From an uncultured Planctomycetaceae bacterium (GTDB lineage: Bacteria > Planctomycetota > Planctomycetia > Pirellulales > Pirellulaceae), in the NCBI GenBank assembly GCA_963803365.1, contig CAWDMH010000011.1, positions 198,539 to 262,538 on the forward strand: a stretch of 64,000 bases of DNA, written 5' to 3'. Below are positions 49,616-61,128 of the stretch, piece after piece. The position numbers were made by a program, and so were the translations under genes. The stretch's first letter is position 1; every line of letters starts with the position of its first letter. The notes under the pieces are model-generated. The model did not search any database. It was given only the letters and a program-made list of their open reading frames with translations, and had not been told where the DNA came from.

Positions 49616-50494
49616 TTACGAATCCGAAAAACCTTCCGGAGTTTTGCGTGCCAGACCCCACATCCCGTGCACCGAGGGCTTCAGGTCGACTCCAAACTGT
49701 CGTGGCATGTCCTGCACCAGTCGGTCCAGCGTCTCAAACGGATTGACATCGTAAAACTCAGTTCCGAACAACTCGACTTCATAAAGTCCGTGGTATCCAC
49801 GCGATTCGAAAAAGTGATTCCAATCCGCCAGTTGTAACGACCCGCTGCCTGGCAAGCACCGATCTCCGGTCAAACCGCCATCGCCAAGCGATTGGTCAGC
49901 CAATTGCACAAGTGCCACGCGATCGAAGTTTTCGGCGAGTACCGCTTTGGCCTGCTGCGACGCGCCAAAATGAAACAGGTCGAACACAATCCCCAGTTCA
50001 TCGGCCGGATAGCCGCGACAAAACGCCAAAGCCAATTCGATACTGTCGAGATATGTAAACGTTTGGGCCCAACCCGGCTGCATCGGCTCCAACGCCAAAC
50101 GGACTCCGAAGTCATGGGCGACGGGGACCAGTTGTTCCAATGCCGTCGCCAACAATCGATACGCGTGATTCCGAGTGTGTCCGTTGGTCGCGCCGGGATG
50201 AATAATGACGCACCCAGTGTTCACGATCGACCCCAAACGAATCGCGGATTCCGCATCATCGACAGCTTCGTCAAAGCTCAGCCCTTCGCTGCCCGTAAAG
50301 CCTCCGGCCCATTGCAGGCTGGACACCTGGAGTCCCTGATGGCGGAGATGCCCGGCAATCGCCTGTTCGCAGTAATCGCTCAGCTTGTGCCGCCAGAGCC
50401 CGATCCCGCCAAAGCCGTATGTGCGGTAGCGAGCCACATCCTCTTCAAAACTCCAGTGAAACGTCGTGACTTCATTGATGGAAAACCGTTTCAT
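49616..50494 (-). CDS. sugar phosphate isomerase/epimerase (xylose isomerase-like TIM barrel)
   Basis: The start is MKRFSINEVTTFHWSFEEDV at 50494. Family-typical segments are ..IIHPG.., ..LALEPM.. and ..DLFHF... Confidence 0.7.
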   Translation of the reverse strand: MKRFSINEVTTFHWSFEEDVARYRTYGFGGIGLWRHKLSDYCEQAIAGHLRHQGLQVSSLQWAGGFTGSEGLSFDEAVDDAESAIRLGSIVNTGCVIIHPGATNGHTRNHAYRLLATALEQLVPVAHDFGVRLALEPMQPGWAQTFTYLDSIELALAFCRGYPADELGIVFDLFHFGASQQAKAVLAENFDRVALVQLADQSLGDGGLTGDRCLPGSGSLQLADWNHFFESRGYHGLYEVELFGTEFYDVNPFETLDRLVQDMPRQFGVDLKPSVHGMWGLARKTPEGFSDS

Positions 50495-51161
50495 GTTGTC
50501 CAGGCAAGTTCGAGTGGCGGATGCGACGAAATGAAGTTCGCACAGTATGCACCTTGAGGCGATTGATGTAAACCTGATTTTGGCCAATGCGCTGTTAATT
50601 TTCCGCGATGCAATTAACCATGCATCCATGGGCCCCGAGGACTGTTGGTCACCGCCGTTTTTCCAACCACATGGTGCTCCGTCGCCGTCAAAAGTTCGAG
50701 CAGCAATGACTCGCCGATGGGCACTGGCCCCAGTTGTTCGCTGCTGAACCGGGGCGAGTGCCCTGCGGCTGATCCGAAAACCAAGTTGTGACGGCGTACT
50801 CGCATCCAATGCTCGGCAACACCGCCGTTGCAAAGTGCTTGCACTGTAGTTTCAAAAAAAACGAATTTACCTATGGTCAATCGCAACAAAATCCATATCA
50901 TTTACGTAGAAGCTGAGATTCGAATGGGTTCTGTTTTGGTGAGTTGCGTCGATCAACGAGTCATCCGCGGTAACCATTGGCAGCTCGACGGCGAGCGGTT
51001 TCTTGAGCGACAATCATTGGGAATTACTGGACTCCGGCATCACCATGCGGAGTCCACTGACGATAGTGTGGCAGATTCTGCACAACTTTCTGGTCTTTTG
51101 ATTCTTTCGGGACCCGTCAAATTCGGTTAGCGGTCATTCAATGGTCGCCAAGGAGGAAACG

Positions 51162-51470
51162 ATGAGTGGATCGACGGTCACGCATCCAGGATTCGGGCAG
51201 CCGACGCAGGTTGAATACACTGATTGCGATCTAGCCCAACGAGTCCGTTGCTTTCTGAACAGCCGGCATTTTCCGGCTTTTCGCAGATTGGAGGTCAACG
51301 TCGCCAATGGATCGGTGTTCGTCCGCGGGCACGTCGGCTCCTTTTACGAAAAGCAAGTCGCTTTAAACAGTTGCCGCCGCGTGGCTGGTGTGATATCGCT
51401 GATCGACGAAATCGATGTCGAACACCCGGAAATCGGCCAGCGGGTGGCCGCCGAAGTTAAGCCTCGATAG
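51162..51470 (+). CDS. BON-domain protein
   Basis: LAQRVRCFLNSRHFPAFRRLEVNVANGSVFVRGHVGSFYEKQVALNSCRRVAGVISLIDEIDV fits the BON domain. An aaggagg SD lies 5 nt before the ATG at 51162; the ORF is open from 51141. Confidence 0.75.
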   Translation: MSGSTVTHPGFGQPTQVEYTDCDLAQRVRCFLNSRHFPAFRRLEVNVANGSVFVRGHVGSFYEKQVALNSCRRVAGVISLIDEIDVEHPEIGQRVAAEVKPR

Positions 51471-51484
51471 CGGACGGCGAATTT

Positions 51485-52390
51485 CTATTGGATTCGCAAA
51501 TTCCAGGCTTCGTACCAAATTCGTCCGCCACGTCGGAACTTGAAGTCGTCAATCAAATGCTGCTGCATGTCGGGCATGTGACCGGCCCCAAAAAAAATCC
51601 CGATCTTTTGTTTGCCCGCGTCGATCTGCTTCTGCAGAATCCGCAACACTTTGGCATTTCGATGAGTGATAATCGTCGAGCCGTTTCTGCCCTCGAAGAT
51701 CACCATCCCGCTTTCCATGTCTCGCATTTGATCGGCCATCAATCGCCGAATCTTGACGACCGGGTCGTTGGACATCAAGGACAATAGCACGTCGACGTTG
51801 TTGATATTGCTCGAATTCTGCATGGCGATGCTCTGGCCGATGGCGCGAAGAAACATCTTGCCAAAGCTCTCGTCGTTGCTTTTCATGCTCTCCAGAAATT
51901 CATCCGGAGTCATATCGGCGTGCGTCAAATTCTCTTTCGTGTAATCGATGTGATCCAGTTGGAATTCGAGCTGCAACATCGTCTTCATTCCGTTTTGCAG
52001 AGCCGCTATCGGGTTGAGTCCTTCATCGACGCGGCCCCCCTTCGGAATTCGAGTCCCTTCCGGCGCCACCAACTCGTACAAAATGACGTCGTAACCCGTA
52101 AACAACTCGTTCAACTGTTCGTAGTATGCCTTCTCGCCGATGTGAACGACGCCGATCAAGTCCACGGAAATCGGCTGGCCCGTCCCATTCTTACCTTCAA
52201 ACCGCGTGATCGACGTTTCCAGGGCGACGGGCGACTGCTGGCGGTCTTTTCGAATGCGGATAAAGCCGTCCAAATCCGCTTGCGTCACTTTTTTCGATTT
52301 GGATTCCGGCGCCTGTTGTCCGAAAATCGCCATCGACCCAAAGGTCATCACAAACAGGATCAACAAAACCCGAATGATTTTGACTGGCAT
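51485..52390 (-). CDS. TraB/GumN-family protein (secreted)
   Basis: A signal peptide follows the ATG at 52390. LIGVVHIGEKAYYEQLNELF and IGIFFGAGHMPDM match the two conserved family blocks as I recall them. Confidence 0.6.
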   Translation of the reverse strand: MPVKIIRVLLILFVMTFGSMAIFGQQAPESKSKKVTQADLDGFIRIRKDRQQSPVALETSITRFEGKNGTGQPISVDLIGVVHIGEKAYYEQLNELFTGYDVILYELVAPEGTRIPKGGRVDEGLNPIAALQNGMKTMLQLEFQLDHIDYTKENLTHADMTPDEFLESMKSNDESFGKMFLRAIGQSIAMQNSSNINNVDVLLSLMSNDPVVKIRRLMADQMRDMESGMVIFEGRNGSTIITHRNAKVLRILQKQIDAGKQKIGIFFGAGHMPDMQQHLIDDFKFRRGGRIWYEAWNLRIQ

Positions 52391-52627
52391 TGGGCACCTA
52401 TCTATAGGGTCGAGGGCTCGGCAAATATGGACTCTCTGTCTTGAGACTCCTTGTGGTTCAAGTGTAACGCCTGCCCACCACAGCGGCAACCAAACACGCT
52501 GGACGGTAGACGCGCCAGTTCCAGGTAGGACGCCATCCCTGGCCGTCATGGGCCAGGCCAGGAGGCCCGAACTACAGCGCACAATTGGTCGGGCAGAGAC
52601 TGCCCGACCTACAGAAAGTGATGATTT

Positions 52628-53803
52628 TCAGCGCCGGTGACGCTGATTCCATTTCGCGATCGCCGTTTGGCGACTCGCCGGATCGTCGAATCCCATTTGC
52701 CGGTATGAATCGGCAGACAAATCTTGGTCAAAGTCCGGCTCGACAAACCCGTAATCCGCTGGCTGTTCGCCCGAGGACAGGATTAAGACGGCCAGCACGA
52801 CGTCCGACACCTTGACCTGATACGCCTTGGATTCGTCCCGGTTTTCGGCGTAGACGATCGTCGAGTCGTTCAGCAGCGGCTGAACTAGCCGTTCCAAGGA
52901 CGGATCGCGCGCTATCAACAAATGAATCGCAGCGCGAGATCGGATCGAACCGGCTTGAACGCCGGAACCAAGGACCTTGCGGCTCACTGTTCCCAACGAT
53001 TCGCCGATGTCCCAAATCTCGGCGATCGTCAAGGCGCTACCCAAGGATACGTCGGTCAAGGATTGACGGTCCACCCACGACGCGACCAGGTGACGCAGGC
53101 ATCGTTCCTTGATACCGCCCGACAATCGCTCGACGAAATCCGGCCTCCCCAGTAGTTGGTCGATCCGAATCCTCAGCGAGTTGGGAACCCAAAACGACCA
53201 CGAATCATCCTGGACCTCGCACGCCAATAGCAGACACACAACGGCCTGATCGACGACGTCGAATTCCCAGTCGGCTGCGTCCGTAAAATCGACGGCCAAC
53301 ACCGAATCGATCAACGTTCCAATGCAGGATTCGCGCAGACGGCGGTCGCGCGAAAACGCCGAAAGTTCTACCGGATAGTCCCGCAACAACTGCACAAAGT
53401 ACTCCCGAAGTTCGGCCGAATCTCCCAAGAGCGCTCGAAACGCCGACCAGCCGGGCAAGTCCGCCGCGGTCGCTTCGGGCTGGTTGGACAAAAATCGCGA
53501 AATCTTCTGGTCGAGTTCGCGGCTACGAATGGCGGCCAACACTCGTTCTGATCGCAATTGCGATTCCAATGCGCCGTCTCGTCAAAGCGCTTCCAGCCGA
53601 TCCACCGCTGGCAATCCGATCTCCACCAGCCGTTTCGCGGCCGCTTGGGAAACCGAAAAATCATCCGCACAAAGTTGTTCGATCAGGCGAGTGATGTCTC
53701 CATCCGGCGTCTGACCAAACGCCGATAACGACAGGACCACAACCGTCAGCGCCAGGATAAACCGACGGATCGCTCCCCACCAATCTCTTGCTCCCCACAT
53801 CAT
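52628..53803 (-). CDS. secreted hypothetical protein (HEAT-like N-terminal helices) interrupted by an in-frame TGA at 53582-53584
   Basis: ORFs 53582..53803 and 52628..53569 are in the same frame. The sequence reads ..AAKRLVEIGLPAVDRLEAL * RDGALESQLRSERVLAAIRS.. straight across the stop. Confidence 0.6.
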
Positions 53804-55038
53804 TCGTCAGCCTTCCTGGCTTCGTGCGCAATCAAACCGACTGGAATGGCCATGATCATGAACAAGTGTCGCCAATGGACCGTGTCGATTGAAAAGCTGT
53901 TCGACATCACTCCCAAGAAAATGGCCATCGAAACAATGTAAATGTATTGATCGTCCGCTTTGCGGCGAACGCCCCGCCACGTATCCGTCACCCAGGCAAA
54001 CAGAAAACACAGCAAGCCGATCATCCCCAAATGACCATGTTCGACCCACGTCCGCAAGAACAGACTGTGGACGTCGTGCAAATAGTTGTGCAGATTCCAG
54101 CTACCGGGGCCGATCCCCACCGGGTCTTGTCCAATCGTCTGCAGAATGTGTTGTTGGTTTTCGAAGCGAACGTCGTCGTACGATTGATACGCGAACCGAT
54201 TAACGAAGAATTCGGTTAAATCGGTCTCATGCAGCACAAACACCCCTGCCAGCACGATCAACACCCCGACGGGAATGAGTCGAATGATCAACGTCTCCGA
54301 AGCTCTGCGGAAATGCGGCTGCAGCCAGAACATCCCCGCCAACGAACCGAAGGTGACTATTCCCGCCAAATACGCGCCGCGCGAATATGTCATCAAGATC
54401 GCGACCGAGTAAATCGTTAGACAAACCACTTGCCACAACTTCAATTTCTTGCGGACGAAGGCGTCTGCAACCAACATCGCGCACGCCGCCACCAAGTACG
54501 GCCCCAAAACGTTGGAGTCCTTAAACGTGCTGCGAATCCGCTCACCCTTTTCCGTCAGCATGAACTCGTTCCAGTTGGGTAATACGTGCAACCCCGCCAG
54601 GATGCCGATGGTGGACGTAATCAACGCCCCAATCTGAAACGATCCGTTGAGCACGCGGTAGACCGCAGAACCATAACGCGCCACCAATGAAACAACTAAC
54701 AAAAAGTACAACAACAAGTAGACCGTGATCATGTAATAGCGCAACGACACCAAGACCTCGTACGCGACCGCCAGCGAGATCGTGTTCAACGCGAAAAACA
54801 AAAAGATGCCGAAATAGAGCAGTGGATTTGCCGGCCGAACCAATGCGAAACGGCCTGTGATCAGCATCAACGGCGCCACTAGCACAAACGCCAAATCGCA
54901 CGGCGCCGGCTCGCGAATGACGTAACTGCTAGTCGCCGTCATGAGAAAGAGACTCAGGAATACGTCCCACGGCAAGCCAAAGATCTTCTTCGAAGACCCA
55001 GTAGTCGCAATGCCTGCTGTACGAACGACCGATGCCAT
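53800..55038 (-). CDS. O-antigen ligase/polymerase (Wzy-type) family membrane protein
   Basis: It has about 10 TM segments. ..LMTYSRGAYLAGIV.. is followed by a large loop containing HNYLHDVHSLFLRTWVEHGHLGMIGLL. Its stop overlaps the next gene's start (ATGA). Confidence 0.75.
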   Translation of the reverse strand: MASVVRTAGIATTGSSKKIFGLPWDVFLSLFLMTATSSYVIREPAPCDLAFVLVAPLMLITGRFALVRPANPLLYFGIFLFFALNTISLAVAYEVLVSLRYYMITVYLLLYFLLVVSLVARYGSAVYRVLNGSFQIGALITSTIGILAGLHVLPNWNEFMLTEKGERIRSTFKDSNVLGPYLVAACAMLVADAFVRKKLKLWQVVCLTIYSVAILMTYSRGAYLAGIVTFGSLAGMFWLQPHFRRASETLIIRLIPVGVLIVLAGVFVLHETDLTEFFVNRFAYQSYDDVRFENQQHILQTIGQDPVGIGPGSWNLHNYLHDVHSLFLRTWVEHGHLGMIGLLCFLFAWVTDTWRGVRRKADDQYIYIVSMAIFLGVMSNSFSIDTVHWRHLFMIMAIPVGLIAHEARKADE

Positions 55039-55095
55039 GAGGATTTCGCTGTCCGACTCGGATTGGGGAAGGTTTCTTAGCAGCCCGTTAAACAG

Positions 55096-55195
55096 GTAGC
55101 GGAACGGCGCGAGCCGTCCGGTTGCGTTGGCAAACACATGGCGAATTGCCGGGCGGCTTGCGCCGCTTCGGTTCAATTAGCATTTGTGCCCATAT
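55096..55195. repeat. Repeat family C, copy C3, between the glycosyltransferase and Wzy-like genes
   Basis: gtagcggaacggcgcgagccgtccggttgcgttggcaaacacatggcgaattgccgggcggcttgcgccgcttcggttcaattagcatttgtgcc. Confidence 0.8.
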
Positions 55196-55218
55196 TCTCA
55201 ACAGGCTGTTAGGCGGAT

Positions 55219-56429
55219 CTAAACGAATGCCGAATTCCGGCGCGCCACCTTCCAATATAACTCCAGCGTCCCTAGGACCATCCTTTCCACGGCGAACTGG
55301 CGACTTTTTTCCCTGGCGGCCGCCGAGAAATCGGCCCTCATTTGAGAATTGTCGACGAGACCTTGGATGGCTTGTGCCAACTCCTCGGCCTCGCCCGGGG
55401 CAACCAGCAAACCGTTGCGGCGGTGATCCACGCTCAAACTTGCTCCGCCCACCCGCGTCGCCACCGTCGGTATCCCCAACGAAACGGCCTCCATCAGCAC
55501 ATACGGCATGCCTTCGTATTGGCTGGGCATTACGAAGATGTCGAACGCCGGCATGATCTGCGCCGCCGTCTTGTATCCGAGCCAATCGATGCGGTCAAAC
55601 ACTCCGCGCCGAACCGCCAATCGCCGAACCGCCGATTCCAATGGACCCGTCCCGACCAATGCCAGCCGGGATGCGCCGCCGCGTAACCGCGAAAACGCCT
55701 CGATCATTAGTAACGGGTTCTTTTGAGTCGCCAATCGACCTAGGAAGCCAATCACGACGTGCTCATCCGAATAGCCAAACGCCTGCCGCACCTGCCGCCG
55801 GTCCGGCCAATCGACTTGACGCAGTCCGTTCGGAATCACGTGAACCCGATCCACCGGAAATCCAATCTGCAACATATGCTGTTGCTCTTCAGGTGAAACA
55901 GCGATAACCGCGGCCGAGCGGTTCGCCAACGTCCGCTCGACCGCTCTGACTGCGAACCTCATCCACCTCCCAAGCGTGGGGTTCATCGTGAAGATACCGT
56001 TCGGCGTATACACCGTGGGAACTCCTTGAGCGACTCGTGCAAGTGCGTCAACCCGCCAGCTTTTGTGCTGTGGCCGTGCAGAATATCAAACGGTCCGTTT
56101 TGTCGAAGATAGCGACGAATGGCCCCGGCGGCGCGCCAATCGGACCAATGCGGCCAACGGTGCATCGGCAGGGAATGTCGCCCCGCGATCGCCAAGTGTC
56201 TCAACCGTTGGGCAAACGAATCATCCATCCGGCGATCGGAATAGATCAAGTGCGATTCACATCCGGCTTCGGTGAGCCCTTTCGCCAAATCCAAGACATG
56301 CCCCCCCACGCCGGCACAGGAAGCTTCGGTGACAAGCAGGACGCGCAGGGTCGGCTTCCGCTCGACGTCGGCCGAAATACGGTGCGGCGACGATAATTCG
56401 ATCGACGGAGGTTGAGGCAAAATGTCCAC
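55219..56429 (-). CDS. glycosyltransferase family 4 (GT-B); frame break near 56048; start uncertain
   Basis: RVLLVTEASCAGVGGHVLDLAKGL...ILHGHSTKAGGL is in ORF 55983..56606. A third frame reads ALARVAQGVPTVYTPNG and leads into ORF 55219..56013 (..FLGRLATQKNP...FVMPSQYEGMPYVLMEAVSLGIPTVAT..). The GTG at 56429 is the first start after the upstream stop. Confidence 0.8.
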
Positions 56430-56439
56430 GAATCCAACT

Positions 56440-57955
56440 TCATTCACGGATGGGCTTGGGTTTGGGTGTTCGATGAATGACAAACCGAACGAGTTCCCAC
56501 AGAAAGGACAACGAAAAGTCGGCTTCGGGCCGGATTCCGACTTTCCAACGGACGACCAGGTATTGACCGAGTCGAGAAACCAAAATGGAACAGGCGACCA
56601 CTGCAACCATTCCGACGACTCCCATGGTTTGAACCGCCCAGGGACCCGCGAATAGGATGGGCGCTGCCACCAAAAAACAAACGAACGCCGCCAGTTGATG
56701 GCCCGTCATGATCAGGATCGTATCGCACGGCCCGGCCCAGTTTCTCACGAGTTGTACGACACACAGCAACGCCAACGCCGCCGCGCCGCTGGCAAATGAT
56801 TGACGATAAACCGTCGCCAAAACGGGACCCCCGAAAACTGCCAGCGCGAGCAGCGGCCCGATCGTCACCAACGTGCTGACGGTACTGACGCCGCGACATA
56901 GCTTCTCCAGACGGCCACGGTTTCCCGTAAACCAAAATTCGGCCATTGTCGACGCCGCCGCCAATCCGAGCATCGTCAATGGAACAACGCCGATTAACGC
57001 CAAACGCCAACTCGCCTCGAAGACGCTCACGTCGATGGCGCGGCCCGTACCGTTGTGAAATGAGTTGTCCAGATTGGTCGAACGCCAACGCGACGAGGTT
57101 GACCAGCATGATCGGTACGGCCGATCGAAGGAGGACGGATGCCGCCAGCAGCTTGCCTTCGTCGAACAGCGAACCACCTTGACCACCGTCGCGCCTGGGC
57201 CATGCAGCCGCCAGCCACGAAAGCCCTCCCAGTGTCGGAACGACGAAAGACAAGGCCGCAGCCTTGACGACGTTGTCCAACTGCAATTGGCCGGTTGCGT
57301 GCAGCGTAATGACCGCGGCCAACAATTGAATGTTGGCAACCAAGCCGCCTGATATCCCTGCCAACATTCCGGCAGCGAACAAACGATGAATTCCCCTGAA
57401 GGCTTCGGCGACGATCTGACTGAGCGCCAACAAGAAGATCCAAACGCTGATCCATCCACGCAAGTCGATCAGGTCTGGACACAAGAAAGTTCCAGCCAAC
57501 CAAGGCGCCGACCACCAGAATACGACTGCTACACCGCCCGCCGCGCCTCCCCCGATGAATCCGATTTTGCGAGCCATTTTCTCGGCCGTCGTCGAACGAT
57601 CCAACGCCAATAACGCCGCGACGTTGCGACATACCAAATGGTTCAAACCCAGCGATCCGACAACACCCAATAACGTCACCACAGCCGCGGTAAAAATGTA
57701 AGCTGCAAATTGCTGCGTGCCCGGCAACCATTTCGCCAATAACGCCCCAGTCAAAAAGACTGTCGCCATACCAAGCGAGCGGCCAACAAAAATCCAGGCG
57801 CCTCCATATCGCAGTCGACGCGACACGTCGTTGGCATACAACCTCGACTCGCTAGCCCGAAGTGGACCTCGCGGCACTTCACGAAGTGTCGGATCGATCT
57901 GTCCACCTTCGATTTGTCTACTTTCGATTTGTCGAATGTCCGATGTCAGATCCAT
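56440..57955 (-). CDS. polysaccharide flippase (Wzx / MOP-superfamily) ; frame break near 57055
   Basis: Multiple TM segments run across ORF 56444..58132 (N-terminal two-thirds, from the ATG at 57955) and ORF 56440..57459 (C-terminal third, ..VFEASWRLALIGVVPLTMLGLAAAS..). Confidence 0.7.
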
Positions 57956-58065
57956 GCGTTCCTTTTCCCGATGACTTTCGCCGCTGTTGCATCTGGGTTT
58001 GTTTAGCGATTTCCCCATCCACGCTGGGCCGACCCGTCGTCGTCCATGCGCCACGGTACCCAGCG

Positions 58066-59442
58066 TCAAAAGGCGCCATCTCCCGAAATGACGACCTTGG
58101 CGGTCTTGGCCAACAAATAAAGGTCGTACCACGGCGACCAGTTTTGTACGTAGTAGCTGACAAGCGCCAACCGCTGTTCATAGGGAATCCGATTTCGGCC
58201 CGATACCTGCCACAAACCCGTCATGCCAGGCAGCATCCGGCAGAACGATTGCAGGTGCGAACCATATTTCTCCGGTTCGTCCAACAAGATCGGGCGCGGT
58301 CCGACCAAGCTCATGCGACCCTGCAACACGTCCAACAACTGCGGCAATTCATCCAGACTGGTGCGCCGTAGAAACCAACCGATCGCGGTGACACGTGGAT
58401 CGTTTTTGAGTTTCTGTTGCGTCTCCCATTCTTCTCGCCGCTCGGGATGCTGATCCAGGTAACCTGCCAAAAACGGCTCGGCGTCGACACGCATCGTCCG
58501 AAACTTTGTCATCATGAATTCCCGGTTTCCCGTGCCGATACGAGGGCTCTTATAAAAAACGGGCCCCTTGGACGAAAGCTTGACCAGGATTGCAATCAAA
58601 GCGACGGCGGGCAACGCCACCAGGCCAATCAGCGTGCCAAACAACAAGTCGGTCGCTCGTTTGGCCAGACGGTTGTGGGGCAGCAGCAAACGGTCGCATT
58701 GATGAAAAAAGCCTTCGCCATCGATAAGCACCAAGCCTTCCCAAATCGAAACTGGCGGAGTCAACGGGCTGGGCCGCGGGTACAGACGGTGCGGAATCGA
58801 CGCGAGTGCGGCAGGTAATCGCGGGTCGTTCCGGACCGATTCGGCGCCGTCAATGATTACCCAGTAGACCTTATTCTCACGTACGAATTCACCAATTTCG
58901 CCAATGTCTCCCAGGAATTGGTTGCTGACCGAGGCGTCCTCCAGCCACTGGTGCCGCGCGTCGCCAAAGTAGCCACTCAATCGAAATCCTGCGTTTCGAT
59001 GGCGGGCGACCAGATCCGCCAATTCCTCGTAACGGTCGGCGCCCCCGACAACAACGACGGGTTGGGTCCACCAATCGAACCGCTTGACGGCGCTGCGCAC
59101 GAGTGATCGTAGCGTCGGTGCAGCGATGGACCAAACGACAAACAGCACCGCCGCGGCGATTTGCCCGGTGCGCATGCCAAGTGGTCCGATCATCGATGAG
59201 ACACCGAAGGAACTGCACAAGACGCCAACGATCAACAGTTGGCGCTTCATTTCCTGCGCCGGATGAATCCCCACCGCCGGATACATCCCAAACGCCATGA
59301 GGCCTGTCACGTAACCGACCGCGCAAAACACGTACGCAAAACCAGGGGACCATCCCAAGATCGACATTCTTAGGACTGCGACGGAGAGAACCGCGACGGC
59401 GGTCGCCGAAATGTCTGCAGCCAACAATGGCATAGTCGTCAA
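58066..59442 (-). CDS. undecaprenyl-phosphate sugar phosphotransferase (WbaP/EpsL-type bacterial sugar transferase)
   Basis: KRATDLLFGTLIGLVALPAVALIAILVKLSSKGPVFYKSPRIGTGNREFMMTKFRTM...DPRVTAIGWFLRRTSLDELPQLLDVLQGRMSLVGPRP is the family core. The ORF is intact. Confidence 0.9.
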   Translation of the reverse strand: MTTMPLLAADISATAVAVLSVAVLRMSILGWSPGFAYVFCAVGYVTGLMAFGMYPAVGIHPAQEMKRQLLIVGVLCSSFGVSSMIGPLGMRTGQIAAAVLFVVWSIAAPTLRSLVRSAVKRFDWWTQPVVVVGGADRYEELADLVARHRNAGFRLSGYFGDARHQWLEDASVSNQFLGDIGEIGEFVRENKVYWVIIDGAESVRNDPRLPAALASIPHRLYPRPSPLTPPVSIWEGLVLIDGEGFFHQCDRLLLPHNRLAKRATDLLFGTLIGLVALPAVALIAILVKLSSKGPVFYKSPRIGTGNREFMMTKFRTMRVDAEPFLAGYLDQHPERREEWETQQKLKNDPRVTAIGWFLRRTSLDELPQLLDVLQGRMSLVGPRPILLDEPEKYGSHLQSFCRMLPGMTGLWQVSGRNRIPYEQRLALVSYYVQNWSPWYDLYLLAKTAKVVISGDGAF

Positions 59443-59610
59443 CGCGGCACGCCATAGGTAATGGGCGCCAGCCGGTTGGATGGGGCTGTACGTTGCTCCT
59501 GGAACTTGCGACGCAGCGCAAGCCCTTCTTGCAAAAGGGGCGGCGAAACTTGGGTCATGAACGGTGGCTAAAGGATTTCCGACGACAATGGGTCATTGTC
59601 TTGGCTTACT

Positions 59611-61128
59611 CTAACGCGGGTTTCTAGCGACGAGTTCTTCAATGTGGCGACGCTCCGCCTCGGGACGTTCGATGTGGTTCACCGTCGTGGGCGATCGACG
59701 AGTGCGTTGCCGGAACGAACGTGCCTCAGCCATCAATGCGGTCAGGCCGCCGAGAAAAACACCCAGCACCAGGCCAAGCGATAGGTTCAAAGGGATGATC
59801 GGAAACACCGGCATGTAATCCAGAGTCGCCGGTTGCGTGACGGCAATATTGGTCAGCTTCAACTGCTCGAGTTGGCTGTCGACCCGGGCTCGCTCGGCGT
59901 CAACCGAGTACTGCTGGTAGTTGCTGGAGAGAATGCCCACGTCGCGAGTCAACTGATCGACACGCAATTCGTCGTTGTTCAGCTTGTCCAACGCTGTTTC
60001 TTCGCCATTGAGCAATTGTTTGAGACTGTCGATCCGCTGGACGATCGCATCAAGTTCAGCGTCTTCCGCACGACCGCCAAGTTCGTTTCGTCGTACGATG
60101 TGCTGCGTCCCGTGAGGATTTGCTGCCGCGAAGCCTGTTCTGCCTCGAACATCCGCTTCGACTCGGCGATCGCGTTCTTGAGTTGGCGTACTTGGACGTG
60201 ATCCTCGGAGTACTTCTGCATCAATTCCTTGAGCCGCGTTTCCATGTCAAACAATTTGGCCTTCATCGTATCGATCGCGGCATTTCCCGGACCGGTCAAT
60301 TCCGATGCGACCTGCGTCTCCGACATCCCCGACAGCGAAGCCTGCAATGTGGCCACTTCAGCATCCAAGCCCCGCGCTGCGATTGGGCGTCCATCAAATC
60401 GGACTTCAGTTTGGAAATCCGGCCCACGAGTGCACTGCGCTGCTCGGCTGGCGCGATCAATCCGGATTCGCCGCGAAACCGCTCCAGCTGACTTTCTTTG
60501 TTCTCCAACCGATGTCGCGCTGCATCGAGTTCGGAAGCGAGAAACTGATAAGAACCCGCGGTCCGGTAGTTTTGTGAGTGTTCAACCAGGTACGTGTCGA
60601 CAAATGCCTGAACGATTTTTTGCGAGCGGATTGGATCCGGGCTGTCGTACGTCACACGGATGACGCTCGAGCCGTCCAAAGCTTTGATCCGCAACTTCTT
60701 TTGCAACTCGTAGATGGCGCGATCCCGCTCGCCCAATGCATAGTAGGGAAACAGCCATCCTCCAACCGCCTGGATGATTTTGTCCTTGGTCGAATGTTCC
60801 TTATCGAGGATCGAGTCATACCCCACGAGATCGACAACGCGCTCGGCGAGCGTCCGCGACTTCATCACATTGGTCATCGAGTTGATTTCGTTTTGCGCGT
60901 GTCCACCATGTTAACGCCGGCCTTTTCGGCCAGGGCCGCCGTCGCGTCCACCCCCAGGTTTTCACGTCCCAATCGAATGAGTAACAGAGATTCCGAGCGG
61001 TACTTCGGTTTCAGCACGGCGGAAACCGCAGCGGCCAATCCGACACACGCCAGTACCGCAAACAGGAGCAGATACCAACGGCGGCGTAACACCTGAAAAA
61101 TGTCCCAGACAGTGATCTCGGCGTACAT
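59611..61128 (-). CDS. polysaccharide chain-length determinant (Wzz/GumC-type, no kinase domain); frame breaks near 60892, 60371 and 60080
   Basis: There is an N-terminal TM (RRRWYLLLFAVLACVGLAAAV), then coiled-coil segments, then a C-terminal TM (IIPLNLSLGLVLGVFLGGLTAL). Four ORFs (60874..61146, 60296..60877, 59979..60368, 59611..60015) read on from one another. The breaks at 60892 and 60371 lie in AAAA and GGGG runs. Confidence 0.75.

Noticed and set aside
57890-57950. Short coding tandem (ttcgatttgtc x2, giving IRQIESRQIEGGQID) at the 5' end of the flippase gene, and a 15-bp duplication at 63285-63315
   Set aside because: Each has only two units with no frame consequence. They are ordinary micro-duplications.
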